A stretch of DNA of 62,924 nt, from contig BCGN01000001.1 of the NCBI GenBank assembly GCA_001599295.1, positions 2,418,001 through 2,480,924 of the forward strand, given 5' to 3'. The notes under the pieces are model-generated. The model was not told the origin of the DNA, searched no databases, and saw only the letters and a list, made by a program, of their open reading frames with translations. Shown one piece after another: positions 1 through 10,932 of the stretch. Positions within the stretch are counted from its first letter, which is position 1. Every line of letters begins with the position of its first letter. Made by a program: the position numbers and the translations under genes. This stretch comes from Sporopachydermia quercuum. Lineage: Eukaryota.

Positions 1-1
1 A

Positions 2-2848
2 CCAGCAGAAGCTNCCATATCTCCTTTCTTGAGCTATATCCATGTGCCTCCTGTGTTCGGGAACACTCCGCCAAGCTCGGTGTTTGCTCATACTTCTGTA
101 CTTCTCGGCAATTGTATTTATACATTTGGAGGCTTAAAAGGAGTCGAAGACGTGAAAGCATCCGAAAAAACTCGTCCGAGTTTTCGTGTCCGAAGTAGAA
201 GACTTCGTCGACATCGGCAGAAGAATCANCGGTTCTTTTTCTCGTCTCAAATAGGGTTCCATCCTGTGTACCCTCACGAACACATTGCTTCTGAAATTTA
301 TGAAACTGCTTATGATGGTCCTTCTAATGTTCCTTTACCGTTAAATACTAGGATCATTTCGGCTTCTCATATCGAACCTCATAAAGGTATGGAAGTTCTC
401 AACTCACAGACAAATCTTTTAACAGAAATGAAAGTCTCAGGAGATATCCCGCCCAATATTCTGTATGCGTCAGCATGTAAAATTTCGGAGAAGCATATAT
501 TTTACTTTGGAGGGTTTGAGCTTCGGACAAATATGACTCATGCAATTCCCCTTCGGCTTAGATCTCTAACACGAGAGAGAAGATCTCAGAAACGCAAGCC
601 TACTGTTATTAGGTTTTCGAAAGAGTTAGTTCCGAACCGCCGGGGATGGATTTTTGATTCTGAAACAGGGAAGTTTACTATAGTAGAAATTACACCGTAC
701 AGATCTCAGAACGGGAAAACTTCGGGAACCGAAAACATCAAAGCTAGATTCGGGCATTCCTGTGTATGTTTTCCGTTTGAACCCGGTGATCTAGGTGACC
801 CAGACTTGGATCTCGGCTTATCCGAGTTTGCCGATAAGATTTCCGATCCGGGTACCGATTTCTCTCCTGTGTTCTCCGGTCAAGGTGATTATTTCTCTCC
901 AAGACCAGGCCTGAATCCGGATCACCATGGATCGGGAAATATAAGCTTGCCAAGTTTTCCGAGCTTTTCAGTATCTAAATCCGAGTCAAGCATACTTTCC
1001 ATTGATTCCGGTGGTTCGGAAGACAGCGCATCTCGAGTTTCCGAACTTTCCGTTCATTCAGCAAGAAACCATGCTATCGTTTACATTTTCGGGGGTTACT
1101 CAGCTGCCGAAATTCCAGGCCAAACGAACCATTATAAATATAATGCACTGTCTGATATGTGGAGAATCGTCATACCGGTAAAACATAGTAGCAGAAGAGG
1201 TGGCAGCTTTACCTTTTCATCTAGATGTACAGCATATAAAATTGGTGATAAAGAAAGCAAGCCAGGAGAAGCATGGCCGGAAGCAAGAGCGTTTGCAGGT
1301 GCAACATTATTTGATAGGAGGCTTGAACATGGAGATGGATCATCAAGCCGAGGTTCAATTCCAAAAATCCGGCAGGGCTTAAGACCTCGGAGTAAAACGG
1401 GATCAAAAACCGATACTCGGCATGATTTTTCTCGTCGAACCGGTTTATCGGCTTACAAGTCTTCATACTCTTCTCTATTACGAGATATCCCAAAGAAACC
1501 CCGTCAACGGGTAGATTCCGATACCGAAGTGGAATCCACCACCGATACTCCCTCTCCGTCTATCTCCGGTAACGTATCAGCGTATAGCTCACGATCTATA
1601 TCGACAGTTCGGTATACATTAGCTCTTCACGGGGGCACTAATGGAGACAGGATTTTAGGAGATCTTTGGTCGTTTAACTTCGAAGCAGAAACATGGACAC
1701 TTCTGGATCAATTTGGATTCGCGGAATTATTAGGCAAAAATAATAAACTAGAAGATGAATTAAAAGATGCCGAAGAAATGGAGCTATTGAATATGGAAGT
1801 TAAGCGAGCTGGCCATCAACTATTAGTATCAGAAAGATACATTTTATTGATAGGAGGGTCAATTGAAGCCGACTTCAATCTAGTTGATGAAACAAAGGAA
1901 AAGGAGGGTGATACAGTGGACATAACGCAAATATCGCTTTCATCACCAGCAAGAACGTTACAAGATTTAGATTTTATAGGGAAAAACGTGAGAAACACTC
2001 ATAAAGGTCAATTGTTCCATCAATATCATGCATTTGACCTTCAAAGTCAGTTCTGGGTACTACTCAAATATTACCATCATTTAGATGAAGTATTTATAGA
2101 TAGATATGGTTTAGGGACAGAAAAACCGGTTGGAACTAAACAACATCTATCACATGTGAATCCTAAGCAGAAAATACCTTCTGATAGTGATTACTATGGA
2201 GATACAAAGCTATACAGTGAAACAGCCTCCGAGACGGATGTTGCATCTACAATCTTACTTCAGCAAGAAACCAAGTTCAGGAAACATGTTGATTATAATC
2301 AAAATGAAGATCTTGATGAAAACGCAAAATGCGAAAGTGAAATCGAAGTCACGAACAGTGACCAGTATGAGGAGAAAGCCTATAATAGATCATCAGTAGT
2401 TGATATTGACGAAGGACTCTATCAATACTCTTATGAAACCAAAACATTACAACTACTCAATCGACCTCAACAATTCTCATTTTCACAATTTGCTATTGTG
2501 GACCATACCGTTGTTGCTTTTGATTCAAGGCTTTATATAATAGGAGGTAGAATATTACCTAGATTCAAGTATTGGGACACTGGTGAAGGACATAAGAATG
2601 AAGAGCGATTTGGACGAAGGGTTTTAAACATTACAAGTCTTGAGAAAGAAATTAGTCATCTAAATTTGTTTCCTGATGAAAAAACCAAAGTTAAAGTGTT
2701 AGAACGGATCAAGAAAGGAAATCCCGTGAAAATAGACTTGAAGCTGGATAATGCCCAGTACGGAGAAGAAGCTGTTTTAACTGGTGGTATTATGCTGATG
2801 GAAATACCTTTAACTGGTGTTCCAATGTTTCCTTCAATGGCTGCGTGA
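2..2848 (+). CDS. GPB2: Gpb1/Gpb2 (Krh2/Krh1)-type kelch-repeat regulator of Gpa2/Ras-PKA signalling; 5'-partial
   Basis: Frame is open from position 2 (CCA GCA GAA...); the TTG at 29 is not a real start. Kelch GG motifs (YTFGGL, FYFGGFEL, YIFGGYS, LHGGT, LIGGS, YIIGGR). The segment GDIPPNILYASACKISEKHIFYFGGFEL...KARFGHS resembles Gpb1/Gpb2 as I recall them. I cannot tell the two paralogues apart. Confidence 0.75.
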   Translation, partial: PAEAXISPFLSYIHVPPVFGNTPPSSVFAHTSVLLGNCIYTFGGLKGVEDVKASEKTRPSFRVRSRRLRRHRQKNXRFFFSSQIGFHPVYPHEHIASEIYETAYDGPSNVPLPLNTRIISASHIEPHKGMEVLNSQTNLLTEMKVSGDIPPNILYASACKISEKHIFYFGGFELRTNMTHAIPLRLRSLTRERRSQKRKPTVIRFSKELVPNRRGWIFDSETGKFTIVEITPYRSQNGKTSGTENIKARFGHSCVCFPFEPGDLGDPDLDLGLSEFADKISDPGTDFSPVFSGQGDYFSPRPGLNPDHHGSGNISLPSFPSFSVSKSESSILSIDSGGSEDSASRVSELSVHSARNHAIVYIFGGYSAAEIPGQTNHYKYNALSDMWRIVIPVKHSSRRGGSFTFSSRCTAYKIGDKESKPGEAWPEARAFAGATLFDRRLEHGDGSSSRGSIPKIRQGLRPRSKTGSKTDTRHDFSRRTGLSAYKSSYSSLLRDIPKKPRQRVDSDTEVESTTDTPSPSISGNVSAYSSRSISTVRYTLALHGGTNGDRILGDLWSFNFEAETWTLLDQFGFAELLGKNNKLEDELKDAEEMELLNMEVKRAGHQLLVSERYILLIGGSIEADFNLVDETKEKEGDTVDITQISLSSPARTLQDLDFIGKNVRNTHKGQLFHQYHAFDLQSQFWVLLKYYHHLDEVFIDRYGLGTEKPVGTKQHLSHVNPKQKIPSDSDYYGDTKLYSETASETDVASTILLQQETKFRKHVDYNQNEDLDENAKCESEIEVTNSDQYEEKAYNRSSVVDIDEGLYQYSYETKTLQLLNRPQQFSFSQFAIVDHTVVAFDSRLYIIGGRILPRFKYWDTGEGHKNEERFGRRVLNITSLEKEISHLNLFPDEKTKVKVLERIKKGNPVKIDLKLDNAQYGEEAVLTGGIMLMEIPLTGVPMFPSMAA

Positions 2849-4336
2849 AACAAGAATTTACAATATGAATAGGCCCCAATGTTTTGATTTTGTAATTGTT
2901 TCGCTATTCTATCTCGCCATACCAAGGTTTCCTTATAATATTAAAGATGACATAATCCGAAAACTGAACTCTGAGGGTAAGCTTTGCTATCGGAACAGTC
3001 GAATTCTACATAGTGTGTTAAACAAAAAATTATGATGCACAGATAGACTACTAACATATTTGGATGCTATTGCAATAAATGCCTATCATTCTCTGCTAGC
3101 ATTTGTATATCTTCAAGCATAACACTTTCCTTCTCTTTCTAACTCTAGAACGTGCCAATAGCATTCTTTGTTATTGCTCGTTGTTATGGAGATAGAATTG
3201 CATATAAGATTAATGCATAATCTCAAACCATACATGAATANTCACAGTAAATCATGCACTTTCAAGCATTAGCATATTGCAAGCAACGCATTGCCTTTAC
3301 AACCGTTTGCCTATTTCAGTCAAACCATCTCGATTGGGTGCAAACCATAACAAACATTCCGATGCACATTAATGCATACATGCATAAAGAGTCTAACAAA
3401 TATACACCAACATACTTTAAATATGCGTCACTAATACATATCTATACAGTATCACCCCACTCATTAATACATACATGTTAATAATCAAGCCCTTAATTCC
3501 CGTTCCTTGTTTAGTATCTCATCTTGTTTTGTGTATGAGTGTGTATAAACGAGAAAAATCTGTATTGTTATTGATCCATCAAACATAGATAGATTTACTT
3601 AGCAAAGAAACCATAGAAGCACGTTGGAACAGCACACTAATATTATTGACTATGCGATCAATTGTTGAATTGAGTATCTATTGATTCAGTAAACATATTC
3701 TGTCGTGGGCATATTTTAGTATATAATATTGAGCTGTTTGTATTGCAGGTACAATAACCAAACAAGCATTTATGATTGGATCAATAGGTAAATAGAGGCT
3801 AATAACAATAAGGCCAAACATTCTAGTTGAACAACTTGATCAAGAAGCGACCAACCAGCAGACTGCTCATCAAGTGCAAGAACATTGGTCGCAGGATCTG
3901 AATTTAACTTATTCACTCATTTTACAATCTAACGTTCTACGAGAACATACCAGTTCGCATAACCATTGGATGAATAGCCGTTGAAGCGTCTATTTCACCC
4001 CAGATGATCTGTATTCTTTTGTATGGTTTTTGAGCTTGTGATAAATCAAAAATCTGGTTATTTCTTTGAATGGTAAACTAAATTTTGATCAGTACTTGCT
4101 ACAAATATAAATAGGGGAACGAACTAAAACCAACTGAGGCCAGACAAATCGAAATCAGTGACCACCAATTATTTTAACTCATTATTTCAACATCTAGTTA
4201 CTGGTTCATCTATAAATTTGATTAGAGCAAAAAAAAAAAAAAATTAAATAAAACCTCAGGATATTCATTACAAGCATCTTGATACCAAATTTTGGTTCAT
4301 TCGAGATAATAGAAGGTTCCTCACTCCATCCCCCAC

Positions 4337-7300
4337 ATGGATACATTACCTGATACTTTCTCTCAACCCAGCAGAAATGCTGGAACCGGAATAACTGCTT
4401 ACGAAGGATATACAGACTCTGATACCAACACAGTTGTACAGAACGATGGTTCAATCACTGACTTTAGTACTGGCCCAAATGTTGATAAAGATCTACGCGC
4501 TTCTGACTGGGGTATTGAACCGCCAACTGATTTGAAGTATCGGGACATGACCACTCCTATGTCAACATCAACGTCAGATTACAGCAGCAAGTTCTCACAA
4601 GGATCCACAGTTGTTGGCTCAGACTCACAATCATTTGCATTTCCCATATCACCTTCTGACATTTATCCAAATTCCAATTCTAATCTACATTTCAGCAATA
4701 CAAACAGCAATTGCCATCTAATGAACAATAACTACAATAACAACTATTATTCACCTAATCAATTTAGCACCTCTGCATCTCAGACTTCAACTCCGGTAAC
4801 AGGACAGTTTCAATTTCCATTGAAGAGCTCTTCTGAACAGTTCATCCCTTTCAATAGTAACAATACCAGCAACAGCATTAAAAATATCAACGTGTCAAAC
4901 TCTTCAGTTAGTTCTAGCATTCATTCTCATTCAGCATCAGTAACACCCGGTTTGGAATATCTGCGTCATTTTCGAACCCCCTCATTAATCCCATCAGAGG
5001 CATTTGATTCCGTCTCTGCAGTATCTGCAGCTTCTGCTGCGTCAGCAGGTTTAACAGGTTTGAACATGAAAGACGGCTCAAGTCTAGAATCAATAGATGA
5101 GGCGACATACAATCGTGCTCCCTCTCTGAAGACATCGAGGTTAACATTAAGGGCATCTCAAAGCATTAAATCGTTAAATAAACAACAGCAAATGCATAGT
5201 CATAAGCGGTCACCCTTCACATTTCAAAGGTTCTCATCCTTCTTTTCTCGAATTCTTTCTAGTTCTCCTACAAGAGATGAATCTATCGAGTTTACTGACC
5301 AGTTTAGGTACATATTGGTTACTAGCCAATTACTGGAAGATAATATATCACCAATGCATATAGCTCTAAGGAAATTTAACCCGACAGGAGTTACAGGATT
5401 AAATGATCCAATGAAGTCATCTAAACGATACTTTTTTATATCATCAAATATAAGGAAATTGGAGTCAAAGTTTTACATGGAAGGAGGTTTAGGTAGTGGG
5501 ACAATCATTCTAGTTAGTCTACTACTCAGCTGGGCTATTAAGAACTCTGATAAAATGACCACTTCGAGGAATAACACTATAAGCAAGATTATTGACGGGA
5601 CATCACGAAAAGCAATGACATCCACTTTACATAATGATACAGGGAAAACTGGTTATCATTATCACAACTCAGCAGGAGCAACTATTGAAGGAATGACGGA
5701 AACAGTAACTGATGCAATAGTTAAACATCCAACAAGAGCTGCAGTTGTATTTGTTGCTTCTATCTCAATTGCAGTGTTTCTGTTTGCTCACTCTCAACGC
5801 CAGAGAATAAGAATCGTCAGAACTAACAGTCTGCAATGGACAGGAACATTTATAACTCATAGCCATAGATTTGATAGTTACCTATCAAATGCTATTGACT
5901 TAGTTAGAAACTCTGATGTTCTGAGTAAAGGAAGAACAGATTTTCCAGGCTTGAGCTTGGAATTAGAAACAATATTGGCTGCTGGTGGGAAACAGGCTTT
6001 TCAAAGGAATAAGAAAGAAATCAGACGGTTGAAACATCTAAGAGCCTCTGTTTCTGCCTGTTTGTATCTTGCAATGACCAATATATTTGGAGCCGTCACG
6101 GTATTATTAGAGATTTGCGACGGCTTTGACTTAGAAAAATACTGTGATATCTATGAACTGAAGCTTGAAGACCTAGATCATCTGAGTTTTTTCTGGGATG
6201 ATGACATTAGTGTTGACGACGATTCCTTTGATATGCGTAATAAAAGAAATTCTACATTCTCGGGGAGGAGTTTCCGAAATTCTCAGATAATTCCTGACTC
6301 ACCACGTGATCTATCATTTTCTGATTATAATACCAGCATAAGTGTATCAGATGATAGAAATGATGTGAAATTGAAAGATTTTATGCTAACAAAAAGTCCT
6401 CAATCCAGTAGAAGAAACTCAAGACTACTTTTGCCGTTAACCAACGTATCTCGATCACCATTGGAGTTTTCTAAAGGATTTCCTATCACTGGAGAATCAA
6501 TCAGCATATCATCACGAAATATCATGAAAAACATATCTAACATGCTACAGGACAACAGAGATAAGTTCCATGGTACGTTTGGGGCTAACACTCCTTTGCC
6601 TCAACTACAATATTATTCAAACAAGTTTTATTTAGCGAGGAAACTGATGATTTGCTGCCTATTAGCTGTTCGCGTCAATACTTCTGAACCAACAGAACCA
6701 TTTGATAACAACGCATTGTCAGGTCCAATAAATCAACGTAGTAAATCATCTAAAACAAAAAGCAGACCCAAGTTTAACGATTTTCAGAAATGGTACAAAG
6801 TGAGCAAATATGTAGAAAGAGTCAGCAAGGCTTTTGAAGCTCTTTCGAACGACTTGGCAGACGCTTGTGAGGATTTCATTGTAGAACCAGAAGATGCTTT
6901 AGATGGTGAAACAACAGATGCTTCATTGTTTGCTCCAAACCTTGAAGAAATGAAGCTTAGAGTGAAAACTGTTAACGGACTTGCCGTGAGAATGAAAGCT
7001 CTTGATACCAGAATGCATATGATTAAAGGAGCATTATGCGACATTGATGAAGGATCGGATGAATTCTATCAGCAGTTTGAACAAATAGGCCAAGAACTAC
7101 AATCATTAATGGGCTGTTGGAAAGTATCAAAGAGGACCCTACTAAGTAAAACGACCAATAGTAACAACATTAATAGGAAGTCTGACTTATGGAGCTCTTC
7201 AGACAATATTTTCAATATATCCTTACCGATATCGCACGATGTTGGATCAGGTCTCACTGAACATGAGGATGAACATCTCTATCATGGTACTGATGATGAA

Positions 7301-7729
7301 GATGAACAAGAATCAGATGAAAATGAAGAATTAAAGAAACGAAGGGAAGCTATCAGAAAGACTCAACTGGCATTAATTGGTGAAATTGATTTTGAAGATA
7401 AGCCAAATCCTGATATTGAAACAGATACGAATTTGTATCAAAAGGGAAGTGAGGAGCTTGAAAGATTTCAGCGTGATTTGGATTCAAGACTTATAATGAA
7501 TGCAGTACCATTGGAACAAGCTACTAGAAAAAGAGATGATAATAGTAGGAATAGCGATGCTGTGAGCAATAACAGAAAATCTTTTAGACAGGAAAAACGG
7601 AAGATATCTAAAGATAATGAGCCAATATTAGAAACAGATAACAGTCAATTTCTTGATGAGCTTGAAAGTGTATTACGAGCAAACACATCAACATCGAGCC
7701 TTGGTATTCAGTATCATAGATTAGAGTGA
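4337..7729 (+). CDS. INP2: Vezatin-domain (myosin-binding) membrane protein, Inp2/VezA-like
   Basis: 1130 aa. FTDQFRYILVTSQLL matches the fungal vezatin/Inp2 N-terminal motif. Two hydrophobic segments (IILVSLLLSWAI; AAVVFVASISIAVFLFA), Ser/Asn-rich N-terminus, coiled-coil-like acidic C-terminus. Confidence 0.65.
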   Translation: MDTLPDTFSQPSRNAGTGITAYEGYTDSDTNTVVQNDGSITDFSTGPNVDKDLRASDWGIEPPTDLKYRDMTTPMSTSTSDYSSKFSQGSTVVGSDSQSFAFPISPSDIYPNSNSNLHFSNTNSNCHLMNNNYNNNYYSPNQFSTSASQTSTPVTGQFQFPLKSSSEQFIPFNSNNTSNSIKNINVSNSSVSSSIHSHSASVTPGLEYLRHFRTPSLIPSEAFDSVSAVSAASAASAGLTGLNMKDGSSLESIDEATYNRAPSLKTSRLTLRASQSIKSLNKQQQMHSHKRSPFTFQRFSSFFSRILSSSPTRDESIEFTDQFRYILVTSQLLEDNISPMHIALRKFNPTGVTGLNDPMKSSKRYFFISSNIRKLESKFYMEGGLGSGTIILVSLLLSWAIKNSDKMTTSRNNTISKIIDGTSRKAMTSTLHNDTGKTGYHYHNSAGATIEGMTETVTDAIVKHPTRAAVVFVASISIAVFLFAHSQRQRIRIVRTNSLQWTGTFITHSHRFDSYLSNAIDLVRNSDVLSKGRTDFPGLSLELETILAAGGKQAFQRNKKEIRRLKHLRASVSACLYLAMTNIFGAVTVLLEICDGFDLEKYCDIYELKLEDLDHLSFFWDDDISVDDDSFDMRNKRNSTFSGRSFRNSQIIPDSPRDLSFSDYNTSISVSDDRNDVKLKDFMLTKSPQSSRRNSRLLLPLTNVSRSPLEFSKGFPITGESISISSRNIMKNISNMLQDNRDKFHGTFGANTPLPQLQYYSNKFYLARKLMICCLLAVRVNTSEPTEPFDNNALSGPINQRSKSSKTKSRPKFNDFQKWYKVSKYVERVSKAFEALSNDLADACEDFIVEPEDALDGETTDASLFAPNLEEMKLRVKTVNGLAVRMKALDTRMHMIKGALCDIDEGSDEFYQQFEQIGQELQSLMGCWKVSKRTLLSKTTNSNNINRKSDLWSSSDNIFNISLPISHDVGSGLTEHEDEHLYHGTDDEDEQESDENEELKKRREAIRKTQLALIGEIDFEDKPNPDIETDTNLYQKGSEELERFQRDLDSRLIMNAVPLEQATRKRDDNSRNSDAVSNNRKSFRQEKRKISKDNEPILETDNSQFLDELESVLRANTSTSSLGIQYHRLE

Positions 7730-8210
7730 ACCTCTAGTTAGTATCTTTATCTTGGTTTATATATTATTGCAGTAGACATCAATTTTGGAGACGAGAAGAT
7801 GAAATGATAGTAGGATAGTATACTATAGTATTAGGGGGGATAGAATAATTTAAAAGGAGAAGGCTACATGAGCGCATTTTCTAGGTTTATGTTATTAGAA
7901 GCAAAAGGTGACTCAAGCTTGGGATAAATTAGATATAATACTACAATTCATAAACATCCAAACAAAATATTCTACTATATAGATAGATATCAAGCGAACT
8001 GAGTTTATAGAATGCTTTTTTCAATAGTAATCAACAATAGTGAAGTAAGTTTCTCGTAGAAGTAATCAGTTACAGGTTCCAGAGAATACTGATAACTGTC
8101 TTTATCATTTTATCGTCATACATATTCAAATCTGAATGGTCAAATGATTAACGATGTATAGGAATGCAGTTCAAGCCGCTCAAAAACCAAACGATCTCCT
8201 TTTCATTCCT

Positions 8211-9632
8211 TCAAACAACAGTTTTCTCAGCTAATTCTTTACCATTTACAAACTCTAATCCTTCTCCTCCATAACTTGTTAATGGACTCACTTCCACAAC
8301 CGCTCCCTCAGGTATAATCGCACCAGCCTCGATACACCATTTGGTAGTTTGAGCCAACAGATCTTTTCTAGAAGTTGTAGGATTATCGGTGGCAGCACTA
8401 TCAGAGTTTTTTAACGGTGAGAATTCTTCGCTTCTCAACACTTCCAACAAAGCAAACTTTTCAATAGGTACTTGTGGGAAAACATCAAAAACAAACTGTT
8501 CCAATTTGATTCCATTTGGTTCAGATGGTTTCACTATCTCCCCAGTTTTTGCATCAACATATGGAATCTTCTTATGAGCCATATGGAATGGTAAATACTT
8601 CCTCATTTCCCAAGTTGGGATTCCAGCAAGGAACTTTATAGAATAATAATGATTGACAATATTGCCTGCACGCAATGCTAACAGAGATTCATCCTCTGGA
8701 TCTTTCTTAGCAGCTAGATCATCAGACAGTTCTGAGTACTCAATGACCATTGGCTTTCGAGTAGATTTGTTCATAACAATCAGACCAACGGATTCGTTGG
8801 GGATATTCTTTCTCACTACTTTTGTAGCAATATCAACGTTCTTTTTGGCAGCATAAGCAATAAACAGGGGATCAGCAACTTTCACTAAACAGTTATCTAC
8901 ACAGTAAGCATGTAAATGTTTCAGTCCTCTTTGCTGCATATCCTTAAGTACTCCACTGACGTCTAATGCCTTATATAGACCGCCATTACCATCAGGAGCT
9001 ACAGCAACTCTATCAGGAGTCTCAAGTATAACACGAGAACCATCAAAAGAAAAACAGGGTAAGACTCCTTGTTCAAAGAAGATCACATTCTTTGGATCCA
9101 AGCCGAAATACCCTTTGGCCTTGAAGAACTCTTCAGTTGGACCCCTTGTTGGACGTGATGTCATAACATACCAGGGTATTATTCCGTTGGTCAATTGTTG
9201 TAATCGTGAAATTCGTTCAGCTTGTAATTGAAATAATGTTTTGTGAGATGGCAATCCAACGTCATAACATCCTTTAGGCGCAGAGGATCCTAATCTTGTT
9301 CCTTGGCCACCTGCCATAAGGATCACGCCGACACTGTTTTCGCCAATAAGTTTGAGACCTTGCTTAGTTAGATCTTCAATTTCCTCTTTGCTGAAGTTTG
9401 CAATGGAAGCAGAAAATTCGCTTGGAATGGCACCTATGTCAGATTGTGAAATAGCAGCAGCTGATTGTGATTGAACAATTGCTTCTTCTGCAACGTCTAT
9501 CAGTGTTTCTGGTGATGGCAGTTCTTCCAATTGTTGTACTAAGTTCGCCTTTTGGTCATCAGATAATGTAGGTAAAAACTGAACCACGTGTGGTTGAAAA
9601 TTTTCCCATTTACTGATAATTTCGCTGCTCAT
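8211..9632 (-). CDS. QRI1: UDP-N-acetylglucosamine pyrophosphorylase
   Basis: LMAGGQGTRLGSSAPKG signature, PDGNGG, YCVDN, KLEQFVFDVF, EFSPLKN. Confidence 0.96.
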   Translation of the reverse strand: MSSEIISKWENFQPHVVQFLPTLSDDQKANLVQQLEELPSPETLIDVAEEAIVQSQSAAAISQSDIGAIPSEFSASIANFSKEEIEDLTKQGLKLIGENSVGVILMAGGQGTRLGSSAPKGCYDVGLPSHKTLFQLQAERISRLQQLTNGIIPWYVMTSRPTRGPTEEFFKAKGYFGLDPKNVIFFEQGVLPCFSFDGSRVILETPDRVAVAPDGNGGLYKALDVSGVLKDMQQRGLKHLHAYCVDNCLVKVADPLFIAYAAKKNVDIATKVVRKNIPNESVGLIVMNKSTRKPMVIEYSELSDDLAAKKDPEDESLLALRAGNIVNHYYSIKFLAGIPTWEMRKYLPFHMAHKKIPYVDAKTGEIVKPSEPNGIKLEQFVFDVFPQVPIEKFALLEVLRSEEFSPLKNSDSAATDNPTTSRKDLLAQTTKWCIEAGAIIPEGAVVEVSPLTSYGGEGLEFVNGKELAEKTVV

Positions 9633-10932
9633 TTCTCTACCTACTTACGGAATTGGAATTAAACTTCTATGACAGATGTGTATTCTCTTGATGTGGAGAA
9701 CAACAGTGATTAGACAAGAAAAAAACTCAGACCAGATCAAAGTGAGAAGCCTTGAATGGGACAAACAGTTAGTTTCGCAAATTTCAACACTTTCAGTCTA
9801 TTGACAACGCTGTTTGATTCTTGGTTTCTAATCAATAAAGGGCTATCTGACAGTCAGTCCAGTTCCTTCCCTTACGCTTGGTTGCAATGATGGAACATAA
9901 AACTGGGATCAATTCAAATCGCACTGAGGATCGAATTCCATGCACAAAGTTTATTACATAATGAGATGCCAACACAATTAGTACTTTGTATTGAAGTTGT
10001 ACAAATTGGGTAAATTATATGTAGTTTAACCTACGGTCTTTAGAGAACCCCACCGGAAAGTAATTATTTCCGGAATTGGTATGTTGAGTAGGAAAAGAAC
10101 ACCCAATTCAAATATGTGAGTGTGTGAGATATAAATATTGAGGCAGAATTATTGTTAGCATTTTGAGAGAATTCGGCTTTATTAGGGGATTAAAATGTGT
10201 TTTTTGGTGGCTGTTTAGGAAGGAAGGAAAATCATCTGTTGATCTTCTGCGGCTAAATGAGGGGTGCGAAATTATCAGGATTTGTGCTTGGTACTAGAAA
10301 GAAATAGGCACTGAACTTTTTCACAACAGTAAATCCCTTAATGAATAGACTTAAATTTCATTGGAACTAATCGTTCTCTTCAGAAGCAAATACGATTAGA
10401 GTAACAGATCAGTTACTCCGACTCAAAACATGTTCTCTAGAAATAAGGTCATGATTCTCTGTAGTTATTTGCATGCGGCAGGGTAAACTTTCATAGATTC
10501 AAATGCGTTAATGTATGGAACGTACGTACTATTCCATTCTTTACACATGTGTAGAGCTTCATTGTCAGCTTTTGAAAATTATATTAGAATAAACAAACAC
10601 TACAAATGTTTGAACGAAGTCTACTCCGAATCAAACACAAGATTCTGAATTTAGTAAGAGACTGTTATTGAAATAAGGTTTACTTGTTTCTTTCTTATAA
10701 CGCAGGTACCAAACCTTAGTCCGAACTTTAAACATAACCCTACAGCTTTTGCTTAATTTTCAGGAAGCGGTTTGACTGTTTTACTTGAAAGACCTTTTTG
10801 ATACTGTAAGCAGCATCACGTTTACTTTTGAAATAATATAAATTACCACAATTTTATTAAGCTGTCGACGCTTCTACTTAAAAGGCTGAAAGTTAGCGTT
10901 CTATACCTATCAGCACCCAACTTAGTCCTTAC

